From the NCBI GenBank assembly GCA_048941265.1, contig JBHLNT010000051.1, positions 1 through 25,813 on the forward strand: DNA of 25,813 bases, in the 5' to 3' direction. A program made the position numbers and the translations under genes. This document shows, one piece after another, positions 15,755 to 23,591 of the stretch. The notes under the pieces are model-generated. The model did not search any database and was not told the DNA's origin. It worked only from the letters and a program-made list of their open reading frames with translations. Numbering within the stretch: position 1 is the stretch's first letter; each line of letters opens with the position of its first letter. The DNA comes from Promethearchaeota archaeon (GTDB lineage: Archaea > Asgardarchaeota > Lokiarchaeia > Sigyniarchaeales > SOKP01).

Positions 15755-15888
15755 GGGAAGGTAGTCTAGCTTGGTATGATTCTGTTTAAGAATTAATTCT
15801 ACGGCATAAATCTTGGTTCGGAACTTAAATAATTTTCTTTCTTAAGTGAAACACCAAGAGGCCGGGGGTTCAAATCCCCCCTTTCCCA
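15755..15888 (+). tRNA. tRNA-Pro(CGG) with two 30-nt introns (25/26: 15781-15810; 37/38: 15823-15852)
   Basis: Acceptor GGGAAGG/CTTTCCC plus A73, D arm GTCTAGCTTGGTATGAT, anticodon stem CTTGG/CCAAG and T arm GGGGG-TTCAAAT-CCCCC. Both introns fold into BHB motifs (central helices TATG/CATA and TTCG/TGAA). The spliced product is 74 nt and CCA is not encoded. Confidence 0.9.
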
Positions 15889-16208
15889 TTATATGTTAAT
15901 AATTAGAATTTGATTTTATTTTTAACAAAAAATAAAAGACCTTTTTTAAATATTTAATATTTTCCAATTAAGAAAAGCATTCGAACACGGTAAAAATAAT
16001 GTCTTGAGTAAAAAACTTATTATATTATGATTCAAAAATTTTTTAAAATTAAGTAACTTAATTGTTAATATTCTCATAAGGAAAAACACAAGAAGTTAAA
16101 AGAAAGTAAACTATTATTGCTATAAAGTAACAATATTTTCCTAGATGGAGTTTTTATTGGTTATTTAACAATACAATGAATCGGAATTAAACGATAAAAA
16201 GTTTTAGT

Positions 16209-17249
16209 ATGGACGAATCTCTTATATATGGTATCATTTATACTGAAGTTGATGAGGAAGTAGGACCAAATCCGCAAATATGGGACCCTGCTGATTTATC
16301 TGACGATCTTTTAACCCATGTTAGCATAAAAGCAATAACTCTTCTAACTGCAGAACAAGGATTAATTCCAGAATCAATAGCAATCATTCCATTTCCTTCC
16401 ATTGGCTTAAAGGGATTAATTAAATATCTTCAATTTAAAGACGATGAACGTCGCGGAGGGGTTGGTCAAGCGGCCATTACTTTACTCTTTAATGAAGTCG
16501 ATGATATCGTATTTTATAAAGGCATGGAATATTTTAATCCTGATTTTGATGAAATAGCTCAAAATATCATTGAAATTGAAGAATTAAAAAGTGATAGAGA
16601 TAAAATTCAAACGGAGATTAAAAATTTACGTGTAAAGGTCTTAGAAATATTAAATGATCTACGAATTAAAGAAACCACTCTTCAGGAATCAGAAGCGTTT
16701 CCTGAAGAAATTATTGTAGATAAAAGTAAAATCGATTACCAATTTAAAATCATAGTCTGCGGTGATCCGATGGTTGGCAAGACAAGCACCATACTTCGCT
16801 TTACGGAGAGCGCTTTTGATAGAAAATACATACCCTCGATTGGAATTAATGTAAAAGATAAAGTTATAAGGGTCAAAAAATTGAATATTCAGCTCGTAAT
16901 ATGGGACATTGCGGGCCAACAAAAATTTGAGACAATGAGATCAGCATTTTATAAGGGAGCTAGAGGAGTTCTCTTAGTTTTTGACTTAACTAATCCTAAG
17001 AGTTTCGATGATCTTAGAAATTGGTACAAGGATATTCAGCGACATGTCGACATAGAAGAACAATTAATAGGATTCATTTTGGGAAATAAGAGTGATAAAG
17101 TTGAAGATAGAAAAGTTACAAAACAACAAGCTACAGCTTTGGCTGAAGAATTAAATCTTGAATATATTGAAACATCGGCTCTAACGGGCGATAATGTAAA
17201 AGAATCTTTTTATAAAATGGGGAAATATTTATACGAGAGTTCTAAATAA
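16209..17249 (+). CDS. uDENN/longin-like N-terminal domain fused to a Rab-like small GTPase
   Basis: G1 GDPMVGKT, G2 PSIG, G3 WDIAGQQKF, FYKGARG, G4 NKSD and G5 ETSA. The N-terminus IIYTEVDEEVGPNPQIWDP resembles the uDENN/NPR2-type first strand plus D...GP....P motif (domain call is inference). Confidence 0.85.
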   Translation: MDESLIYGIIYTEVDEEVGPNPQIWDPADLSDDLLTHVSIKAITLLTAEQGLIPESIAIIPFPSIGLKGLIKYLQFKDDERRGGVGQAAITLLFNEVDDIVFYKGMEYFNPDFDEIAQNIIEIEELKSDRDKIQTEIKNLRVKVLEILNDLRIKETTLQESEAFPEEIIVDKSKIDYQFKIIVCGDPMVGKTSTILRFTESAFDRKYIPSIGINVKDKVIRVKKLNIQLVIWDIAGQQKFETMRSAFYKGARGVLLVFDLTNPKSFDDLRNWYKDIQRHVDIEEQLIGFILGNKSDKVEDRKVTKQQATALAEELNLEYIETSALTGDNVKESFYKMGKYLYESSK

Positions 17250-17469
17250 AATTTAATGTATCTCAAGATAAATTAATTTAATTTGAATCATCTTTTTATA
17301 AGGATATTTGTTTTATATTAGACATTTTTGTGAATAGTCTTATTATTCTAATGAATTATCTAAAATAGATGAAAAGATAAATTCTATAATTTTCTATAAA
17401 AAAAATCTTTTAATATAGTGTAAGTTATTTAGCTCTAAATAAATCTTAAATAAATTAGCTTTAGGTAAA

Positions 17470-17979
17470 TTGATTCAGAATTTATTTGTAGTCAAAGATG
17501 GAATTGCATTAGTAAATCAGAATTTTGGAGAGTGTCATTCTTTAACTCAGGATATAGACTTAATTACTAGTTATATCTCTGCTCTTCAAATGATCTCGGA
17601 GGAAATCACAGGATCTTCTATGAGAAGTATTAATTTTGATGAAATAACTTTTCATTTTTATAAAGATACTAATAAATTAGGATTATTTTATATTCTTGTA
17701 GTGGATATCAATGATAATCAAGGAGATATAAGTAATAAAATCCGTAAAATAAGTGAATTATTTAATCAACTTTACTTTCAAAAAATAGAGCATTTTAATG
17801 GTAACATCTCTCAATTTGAGAATTTTGGTGAAATTTTAATCGAAAAGAATATCGCTCAAATTAACTGCGGAGAAAATTCTGAATGTGTTTCTTGTTCTAA
17901 TAGGAATAATGAAGGTAAATTTATTGAAGATTTTAAATCTGATAGAGAAAAGCATTTAGCTCGTTTCAAATCAGCTTAA
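17470..17979 (+). CDS. Longin-like domain protein with C-terminal Cys cluster
   Basis: MIQNLFVVKDGIALV...DLITSYISALQMISEEI...LFYILVVD...IRKISELFNQLY...FNGNISQFENF follows the Asgard longin/sedlin-like pattern. C-x5-C-x2-C near the end. TTG start with AGGT upstream. Confidence 0.75.
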   Translation: MIQNLFVVKDGIALVNQNFGECHSLTQDIDLITSYISALQMISEEITGSSMRSINFDEITFHFYKDTNKLGLFYILVVDINDNQGDISNKIRKISELFNQLYFQKIEHFNGNISQFENFGEILIEKNIAQINCGENSECVSCSNRNNEGKFIEDFKSDREKHLARFKSA

Positions 17980-18028
17980 ATTTTCTGAGGTTCATAAATA
18001 AAAAAATAAATTTGAGAAATGCTTAGAA

Positions 18029-18310
18029 TTACCATTTAACGGTTATAGCTTTTTCGGGACAAGCTTCAACACATTTTATGCATTTTAGACACACAGATGG
18101 CCACACTGCTGTTATTCGCCATATTTGAGGATCGTTCGGATCTTCTTCTTTCGCTCCTATTACATTATGCATTAAAAACACACAGGGATCACAAACTTTT
18201 AGACATATTGTACATTCTCGAGGCTCTATCCCTCCCTTGTCCCCACATTTAGTATAATCGATTTTAATTTTTGTTTTTTTCATTTTTACACTCCCTTTAG
18301 CTTTGCTCAT
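18029..18310 (-). CDS. 4Fe-4S dicluster ferredoxin-like protein
   Basis: IDYTKC...ECTICLKVC and CLKCIKCVEACP. Start set at ATG 18310, which is preceded by Shine-Dalgarno AGGTGA and does not overlap the upstream gene. Confidence 0.85.
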   Translation of the reverse strand: MSKAKGSVKMKKTKIKIDYTKCGDKGGIEPRECTICLKVCDPCVFLMHNVIGAKEEDPNDPQIWRITAVWPSVCLKCIKCVEACPEKAITVKW

Positions 18311-18318
18311 TTTATCAC

Positions 18319-19191
18319 CTAATATATTCCATCCCATCCAGGATATTCTTCTCTTGGGATTAGCTTCAGTGCGTCGTTTTTACACGCATGACGACATACA
18401 CCACATCCAAAGCATTTATCATAATCTACAATGACTCTTTTTTGTGAAGGAATATAGCGTAAAGCACTAAATTGACACATAGACACACATTGTTTACAAC
18501 CCTGACATTTATCTTGATCTAATTGAATAATATATTCTGCTTTATAAAACGCATTCAAATCAAAACTTGTTCTTAATCGTAGTCCTCCACATTCGGGACT
18601 TTCACAAGAACATATTGCGTTAATATAAGGTATTGGCTGAAACCATACAGATGCAATATATCCTTTTTTATTAAACTCTTCTAATTTTTCCATAGCTGTC
18701 TCTCGATCAATTCTTACTGTGCGATTTTTGGGAACATATCGAGGGATCTTCTCAATTATTTCAGAGAGAACCCCAAAATTAATGCAAACTTGCTCTTTGG
18801 TACCACGTTGCATGTAGCGGCACAAACAATAATTGCATATTATGGGCTCAGCAGCCAATTCAGACATAATTAATTTTGCCTCTTCTAAAGGAATAGCTTG
18901 CCCAAAATGACCATCTGCTCGAGCTGGATTCCTATGTTTCTTCTCGCTGTGAATCATACTTTCAGCAGTAGCTCGAAGAACCCTTCCTATAATAGGCATC
19001 TTCATTTTATATCCTAAGCCAATCGAAGAGAATCCTTTAATTTTTCGAATGAATAAATTTTCCATATTCTTCCATTGTTCTTCCAGATATTCCCTCATTT
19101 CGTTTTCGGGAGCAATCTGATCGGCAAAATAGTTCTTTGAATTAAGGTACCATTTCTTTCCAGCGCCATGTTTCATACACCATTGACACAT
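18319..19191 (-). CDS. 4Fe-4S binding protein (N-terminal CxxCxxHG; C-terminal 2x[4Fe-4S])
   Basis: MCQWCMKHGAGKKWYL, CLCR, ICSCESPEC, CQGCKQCVSMC and CFGCGVCRHAC. Shine-Dalgarno AGGAG upstream. Confidence 0.88.
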   Translation of the reverse strand: MCQWCMKHGAGKKWYLNSKNYFADQIAPENEMREYLEEQWKNMENLFIRKIKGFSSIGLGYKMKMPIIGRVLRATAESMIHSEKKHRNPARADGHFGQAIPLEEAKLIMSELAAEPIICNYCLCRYMQRGTKEQVCINFGVLSEIIEKIPRYVPKNRTVRIDRETAMEKLEEFNKKGYIASVWFQPIPYINAICSCESPECGGLRLRTSFDLNAFYKAEYIIQLDQDKCQGCKQCVSMCQFSALRYIPSQKRVIVDYDKCFGCGVCRHACKNDALKLIPREEYPGWDGIY

Positions 19192-19492
19192 TTTAAAAAT
19201 CTCCTAATTGTCTAAATATTCTTATATAACATGAAAATATTATTTTCCTTATTTCTTATATAGTTTAATGTTTAAATTCTAAAGTATTTAATCATTTCTT
19301 CATGTTTTTTAAAAATCATTAAAAACGTAAATTATCGCAAATCAACTCAAATACTCCACTGGGTTTTTAGAAGAACGAAAATTTAACTACGGTTTTAAAA
19401 TGAGAAGAAATTATTTAAACAAATTTCTCTTAAATGTTGATTAAAAAAAGATATTAAAATTTATAATTAATTAAAATTCAAGGAGATTAAAT

Positions 19493-21490
19493 ATGGTCAG
19501 TTTAGGAAAATTTAAAGAAGCAGTATATATTAAGGCTAAGCATTATCCAGAAAACAGGTTAGCAATAATCTATGGCGACAAAGAATTCACCTGGAAGGAA
19601 TTGAATATGCTTATAAATAAAATGGCTAATGCTCTAAAATTATTGGGAATTAAAAAAGGCGATAAGGTTGCATTTCTTTTTTATAATTCACCGCAATTTA
19701 TCATTACGAATATTGGAATACAAGAGTTGGGAGCAATTCCAGTCCCTATGAACTTTCGTTATGTTGCTTCTGAAATGGAATTTTTACTTAATAATAGCGA
19801 CTCTATTGCTTTCATTTTTGATGATGATGCCCTTCCAGAGGTTCAAAAAATCCAAGATAAGATCCCAAATGTCAAGTATTTAATTCATGATGGTCCAAAT
19901 ACCCCCATTGGTATGTTAAATTATACAAAAATGATTCAGGAAGCAATAGATAAAGAGATTAAGGTAGATATCGATATAAATGATGTCGCTGTAATTATTT
20001 ATACAGGCGGAACTACAGGACGCCCTAAAGGGGTTATGTTAACCTATGATAATATACTTTCTAATGAAGAAATGGCATTAGCTTTTCTTTCGAGATTATT
20101 ACCCCCCATTGAGGAACTCGATGAACCAGTATATGCAAAAAATGAGCTACAAAGGCGTCTTTTGGAATATACAGAATCAATAACGGGAATTCCAGAAGTA
20201 TTTTATGAAAATCCAGAAATGCAGGATAAGGTTATCGTAATAGAGACACCTAGCGAGATTGGGCCTTCCCTTGCAGAGATGACATATGCTATACGGGAAG
20301 GAAAACTAAAACATTTTTTCGGCAAACCTCCGGAAGGTAAATATCACGGTTTAGTGCATATGGAATTGGCGAATAGGTTACGAGAATATGCAAATATCAG
20401 TACTCTTTCCTATTCGCGAAGGGGAAAAGTGAAATTAATGTTCAAGATGATTAGATTAATGTTGCAAAAGAAAATAAGAGTTACAGGAGAGAAAGAAGTC
20501 GTTAAAGCATTGAAAAAGGCGATGCGAAACCGACCAGAACACGAAGAAATTGAAAAGAATACAATGGTCCCACCCCTTTTTCATCTTGCTTCATATGCAG
20601 TGTTTTTGATCGGTTGGATGTTTCGAGGTTCCACAGTGGTCTTTCTTACGAATAAAAAATTTAATCCTACAGAGCTATTAGAAATAATTGAACAACAGCA
20701 GTTAAAGACATTATTTCTTGTCCCCACCATGTGGAAACGAGTCTTAGATACTTTGGAGAAGTCAGAACATAAGTATGATTTATCGTCCCTTTCTATCGGC
20801 TTGTCTGGGGCAGCAGTGCTGCAAGGTAAATATAAGAAAAAGATTTTACAGTATTTTCCCAATGCTGTGATTGTGGATGCTTTTGGTCAATCCGAAACGG
20901 CCCCTGTGACTACAATGAAAGTGGACGGTGATGTTGATGATGTGCAGGATAGATGTGTAGGCACTATTCTTGATGGATTGGAAATGAAAGTAGTCGATGA
21001 GAATAATAATCCGGTTCCTGATGGTGATATTGGTGAAATTTGCTATCGTGGTCCATCGGTGATGAAAGGATATTATAAAGACCCCGATAGGACCGTTCAA
21101 ACGATAGATGCCGATAATTATCTCCATAGTGGCGATCTTGGTTATGTGAAAAATGGGCAATTTTTTGTTGTGGATCGCATGAAAGAATGTATAAATACTG
21201 GGGGGGAAAAAGTGTTTCCTATTGAAGTGGAAGAGGTTCTGATTGATCACCCAAAAATAGACCAAGTATGTGTCATTGGAATACCCAATGAAGAGTGGGG
21301 CGAGACCGTCCGGGCTGTCGTAATTTTAAAAGAAGGCGAAGCAATGACTCAAGAAGAGGTCATACAATTTGTTGAGGGAAAAATTGCAGGTTATAAAAAG
21401 CCAAGATCTGTCGTATTCGCCAAAGAATTTCCCATATCACCCGTGGGTAAGGTTTTGAGATCAAAAATTCGAGAACTATACGGAAAATAA
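19493..21490 (+). CDS. Long-chain acyl-CoA ligase (class I adenylate-forming) with a ~150-aa internal insertion
   Basis: YTGGTTGRPKGV, PPLFH, FGQSET, SGDLG, DRMKECINTGGEKVFPIEVE and GKVLR. Shine-Dalgarno AGGAG upstream. Confidence 0.93.
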   Translation: MVSLGKFKEAVYIKAKHYPENRLAIIYGDKEFTWKELNMLINKMANALKLLGIKKGDKVAFLFYNSPQFIITNIGIQELGAIPVPMNFRYVASEMEFLLNNSDSIAFIFDDDALPEVQKIQDKIPNVKYLIHDGPNTPIGMLNYTKMIQEAIDKEIKVDIDINDVAVIIYTGGTTGRPKGVMLTYDNILSNEEMALAFLSRLLPPIEELDEPVYAKNELQRRLLEYTESITGIPEVFYENPEMQDKVIVIETPSEIGPSLAEMTYAIREGKLKHFFGKPPEGKYHGLVHMELANRLREYANISTLSYSRRGKVKLMFKMIRLMLQKKIRVTGEKEVVKALKKAMRNRPEHEEIEKNTMVPPLFHLASYAVFLIGWMFRGSTVVFLTNKKFNPTELLEIIEQQQLKTLFLVPTMWKRVLDTLEKSEHKYDLSSLSIGLSGAAVLQGKYKKKILQYFPNAVIVDAFGQSETAPVTTMKVDGDVDDVQDRCVGTILDGLEMKVVDENNNPVPDGDIGEICYRGPSVMKGYYKDPDRTVQTIDADNYLHSGDLGYVKNGQFFVVDRMKECINTGGEKVFPIEVEEVLIDHPKIDQVCVIGIPNEEWGETVRAVVILKEGEAMTQEEVIQFVEGKIAGYKKPRSVVFAKEFPISPVGKVLRSKIRELYGK

Positions 21491-21518
21491 ACGAATTAAA
21501 CCTATTTCGACAAGTTGA

Positions 21519-21528
21519 TTTTTTTTTT
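21519..21528 (+). terminator. Oligo-T tract (T10), candidate archaeal terminator after the acyl-CoA ligase
   Basis: T10 run 28 bp after the stop codon. Similar T10 runs follow the genes ending at 12065 (12135-12144) and 22910 (22931-22940). Confidence 0.45.
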
Positions 21529-21680
21529 AAAAGACTAGCAAGAATATAAAAAAGCTAAAATTTAAAGAAGGGAATTTTTTTAATCTTTATTAATTAGCTT
21601 TTTGCAAAATATTTAATTCATAGAAGCTCAAGGATATTCTCTTATATATTATAATATTTTAGAATTCATGGGTTGAATCG

Positions 21681-22259
21681 ATGTCAAGCAAATCACATCC
21701 TGCATATATTTTTAAGATATGTTTATTAGGTGCTGGTGCGGCTGGCAAGACATGTATAGCAAGAAGGTTATGTTATGATACATTTGATGTGAACACAAAA
21801 TTAACGATTGGAATTGATTTTTATACCTATGACTTACCGATTATAATCAACAATGAGGAAAATTTCATTCGATTATCAATTTGGGATTTTGGTGGCCAAG
21901 AGCAATTCAAACGGTTATTTACGTATTACATTAATGGAGCTAATGGAATATTTATGGTTTTTGAGTTGATTAATCTTCAAAGTTTAGTTAATTTAGATTG
22001 GTGGTATGAAAGATTAGTAGAACAAAATGTTACTGATTCTCCAAAAATAGTAATTGGCACAAAGCAAGATCTGGTAAGTCAAGTCGATGAGAAAACTAAA
22101 ATAAATGATTTGATCATTGAGCAATTTCTTAAACGACATAATGAAAAAGATTTTATAAGAACCTCCTCAAAAGATAATATAAATATTAATCGCTGCTTTA
22201 AAGAAATTTCAATAAAAATTTTAGATTTGCATGAATTAGCTTATGATAGGCTTTTATGA
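21681..22259 (+). CDS. Stand-alone Rab/Ras-like small GTPase
   Basis: G1 GAGAAGKT, G2 LTIG, G3 WDFGGQEQF, G4 TKQD and G5 TSSK. No C-terminal prenylation cysteine. Confidence 0.9.
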   Translation: MSSKSHPAYIFKICLLGAGAAGKTCIARRLCYDTFDVNTKLTIGIDFYTYDLPIIINNEENFIRLSIWDFGGQEQFKRLFTYYINGANGIFMVFELINLQSLVNLDWWYERLVEQNVTDSPKIVIGTKQDLVSQVDEKTKINDLIIEQFLKRHNEKDFIRTSSKDNININRCFKEISIKILDLHELAYDRLL

Positions 22260-22454
22260 GTCTTTTAAGCAATCTCTATATTTTTATGGGATAATTTTTC
22301 TTATAAAATGATTAAAGGATTTAATCTACTTTCAAATATTTATTGATTTTAAATAGAGTATATTATTTACTTAGCTTTATAAGAAGGATTATCATATTTT
22401 TTATTAGAAATTCAGTTTATAAAAAAATAAAACACATTTTTGAAAAGTGAGGTT

Positions 22455-22910
22455 ATGGCATTGTCAAAATCAAAATTTTTAACAGAATCAAAAAACTTGA
22501 ATATTGCCATTATATCATTAATTATTCTGGACCTAATAATGATGATAATGGGGCTATTATACGTTATACTAGGTACATTCCAGACTTATCATGTAGATTA
22601 TATCGGAATGTCGGCTTCAAGAGTGAGAAGTTTCAATCCTAAATTGATGAATTTAATAAGTATGTTTATTAGAATGATAGGTTTTGGATTTCTTAGTGTT
22701 TCCATTGGTGGTTTAATTATATTATTTACAGGTTTTAAAAATAAAGAAAAATGGGGTTGGATGCTTTATCTTTTCCAGCATTTAATGCTCGCTATCCCTC
22801 TTATGTGGATAACCTATGTAGTAGGCGGACTTTCTTTAATCTTGGTAATCATTGGTTGGATTCTGTTAATTATAGGTATAATGTTTTCCTATAAAGAATT
22901 CTTTAGATGA
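22455..22910 (+). CDS. Four-TM hypothetical membrane protein, tandem paralog A
   Basis: Four hydrophobic helices. Shares SKFLT.S.NLNIAII, GTF..YHV.Y.G, PKLM.LIS.FIR..G, KEKW.W and SYKE.F with the next gene. The ATG at 22455 has GAGGT upstream. Confidence 0.8.
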   Translation: MALSKSKFLTESKNLNIAIISLIILDLIMMIMGLLYVILGTFQTYHVDYIGMSASRVRSFNPKLMNLISMFIRMIGFGFLSVSIGGLIILFTGFKNKEKWGWMLYLFQHLMLAIPLMWITYVVGGLSLILVIIGWILLIIGIMFSYKEFFR

Positions 22911-23044
22911 ATTGTGAATTGTTTAAAATCTTTTTTTTTTGTTTTCTTCTTTAATTAAGAAGTTTTAAATATACTTTAGTTTAATTTAATATACAAAAAA
23001 GTATTTTTTAGATTAGGATTAACTAAATAGAAGGTAATAAAACT

Positions 23045-23500
23045 ATGGCGGAATCAAAATTTTTAACAGATTCAAGAAACTTGAATATAGCGATTATCAT
23101 CATTCTTATTACTAGCATATTTCTTATTATATCAGGGGCAATTTACGCTATTTTAGGAACTTTCATGCCTTACCATGTCGAATATACCGGTTTGACCGAA
23201 TCAGAAGTAGCAGCATACAGCCCAAAATTGATGTTTCTTATAAGTGTATTTATCAGATTATTAGGAATAAGTGTAATGATTATAGGGATTTCAAGTATAT
23301 ATATTACAGTTTATGGAATTAGGAAGAAGGAAAAATGGGCATGGACTGGCTATACAATTGCTTCTAGCATTTATATTATTCCAAACTTTATATTAACGCT
23401 GCTGGTAACTGGTTTTCTCGGATTTCCATTTTTATCGAGTTTAATAGGAGGAATTTTTACTATAATTGCTCTCTGGCTTTCTTATAAAGAGATTTTTTAA
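23045..23500 (+). CDS. Four-TM hypothetical membrane protein, tandem paralog B
   Basis: Colinear paralog of 22455..22910. The 5' DNA is also conserved (AATCAAAATTTTTAACAGA). Confidence 0.82.
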   Translation: MAESKFLTDSRNLNIAIIIILITSIFLIISGAIYAILGTFMPYHVEYTGLTESEVAAYSPKLMFLISVFIRLLGISVMIIGISSIYITVYGIRKKEKWAWTGYTIASSIYIIPNFILTLLVTGFLGFPFLSSLIGGIFTIIALWLSYKEIF

Positions 23501-23591
23501 TTTTTATAATTTTCTTTTTTCTTGATTATACTATAACACTTCAGCATAGAATTATTTATAAGCACTAATTTTCTCTATATTCTAAAAATAA

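Noticed and set aside
15782-15807. Alternative nested-intron BHB with CTGT/ACGG as the central helix
   Set aside because: Cutting there leaves 11 extra nucleotides and no cloverleaf, whereas the TATG/CATA register gives a clean tRNA in one step.
15811-15823. Reading the tRNA as Arg(TCG)
   Set aside because: The CTTGG/CCAAG stem and the BHB geometry put CGG at positions 34-36, and the D arm and body are Pro-like.
15864-16208. tRNA 3' end as an integration site for a mobile element
   Set aside because: I saw no duplicated tRNA 3' end, integrase or compositional break in the window.
18311-18337. Longer N-terminus (MGWNILGDK) for the ferredoxin
   Set aside because: It overlaps the upstream gene. 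The ATG at 18310 has a clear AGGTGA Shine-Dalgarno sequence.
20090-20542. Ligase insertion as an intein
   Set aside because: No N-terminal Cys/Ser block, no C-terminal His-Asn followed by Cys/Ser/Thr, and no LAGLIDADG motifs.
1600-21265. Short antisense or overlapping ORFs in the track (1600-1806, 2014-2397, 4012-4236, 4246-4467, 5163-5444, 6517-6723, 6885-7112, 7048-7242, 7523-7759, 7877-8080, 8411-8611, 8741-8953, 9329-9595, 10443-10673, 12430-12678, 16689-16922, 20581-20862, 20846-21265)
   Set aside because: All lie opposite well-supported genes and show no recognisable motifs. They are shadow ORFs.
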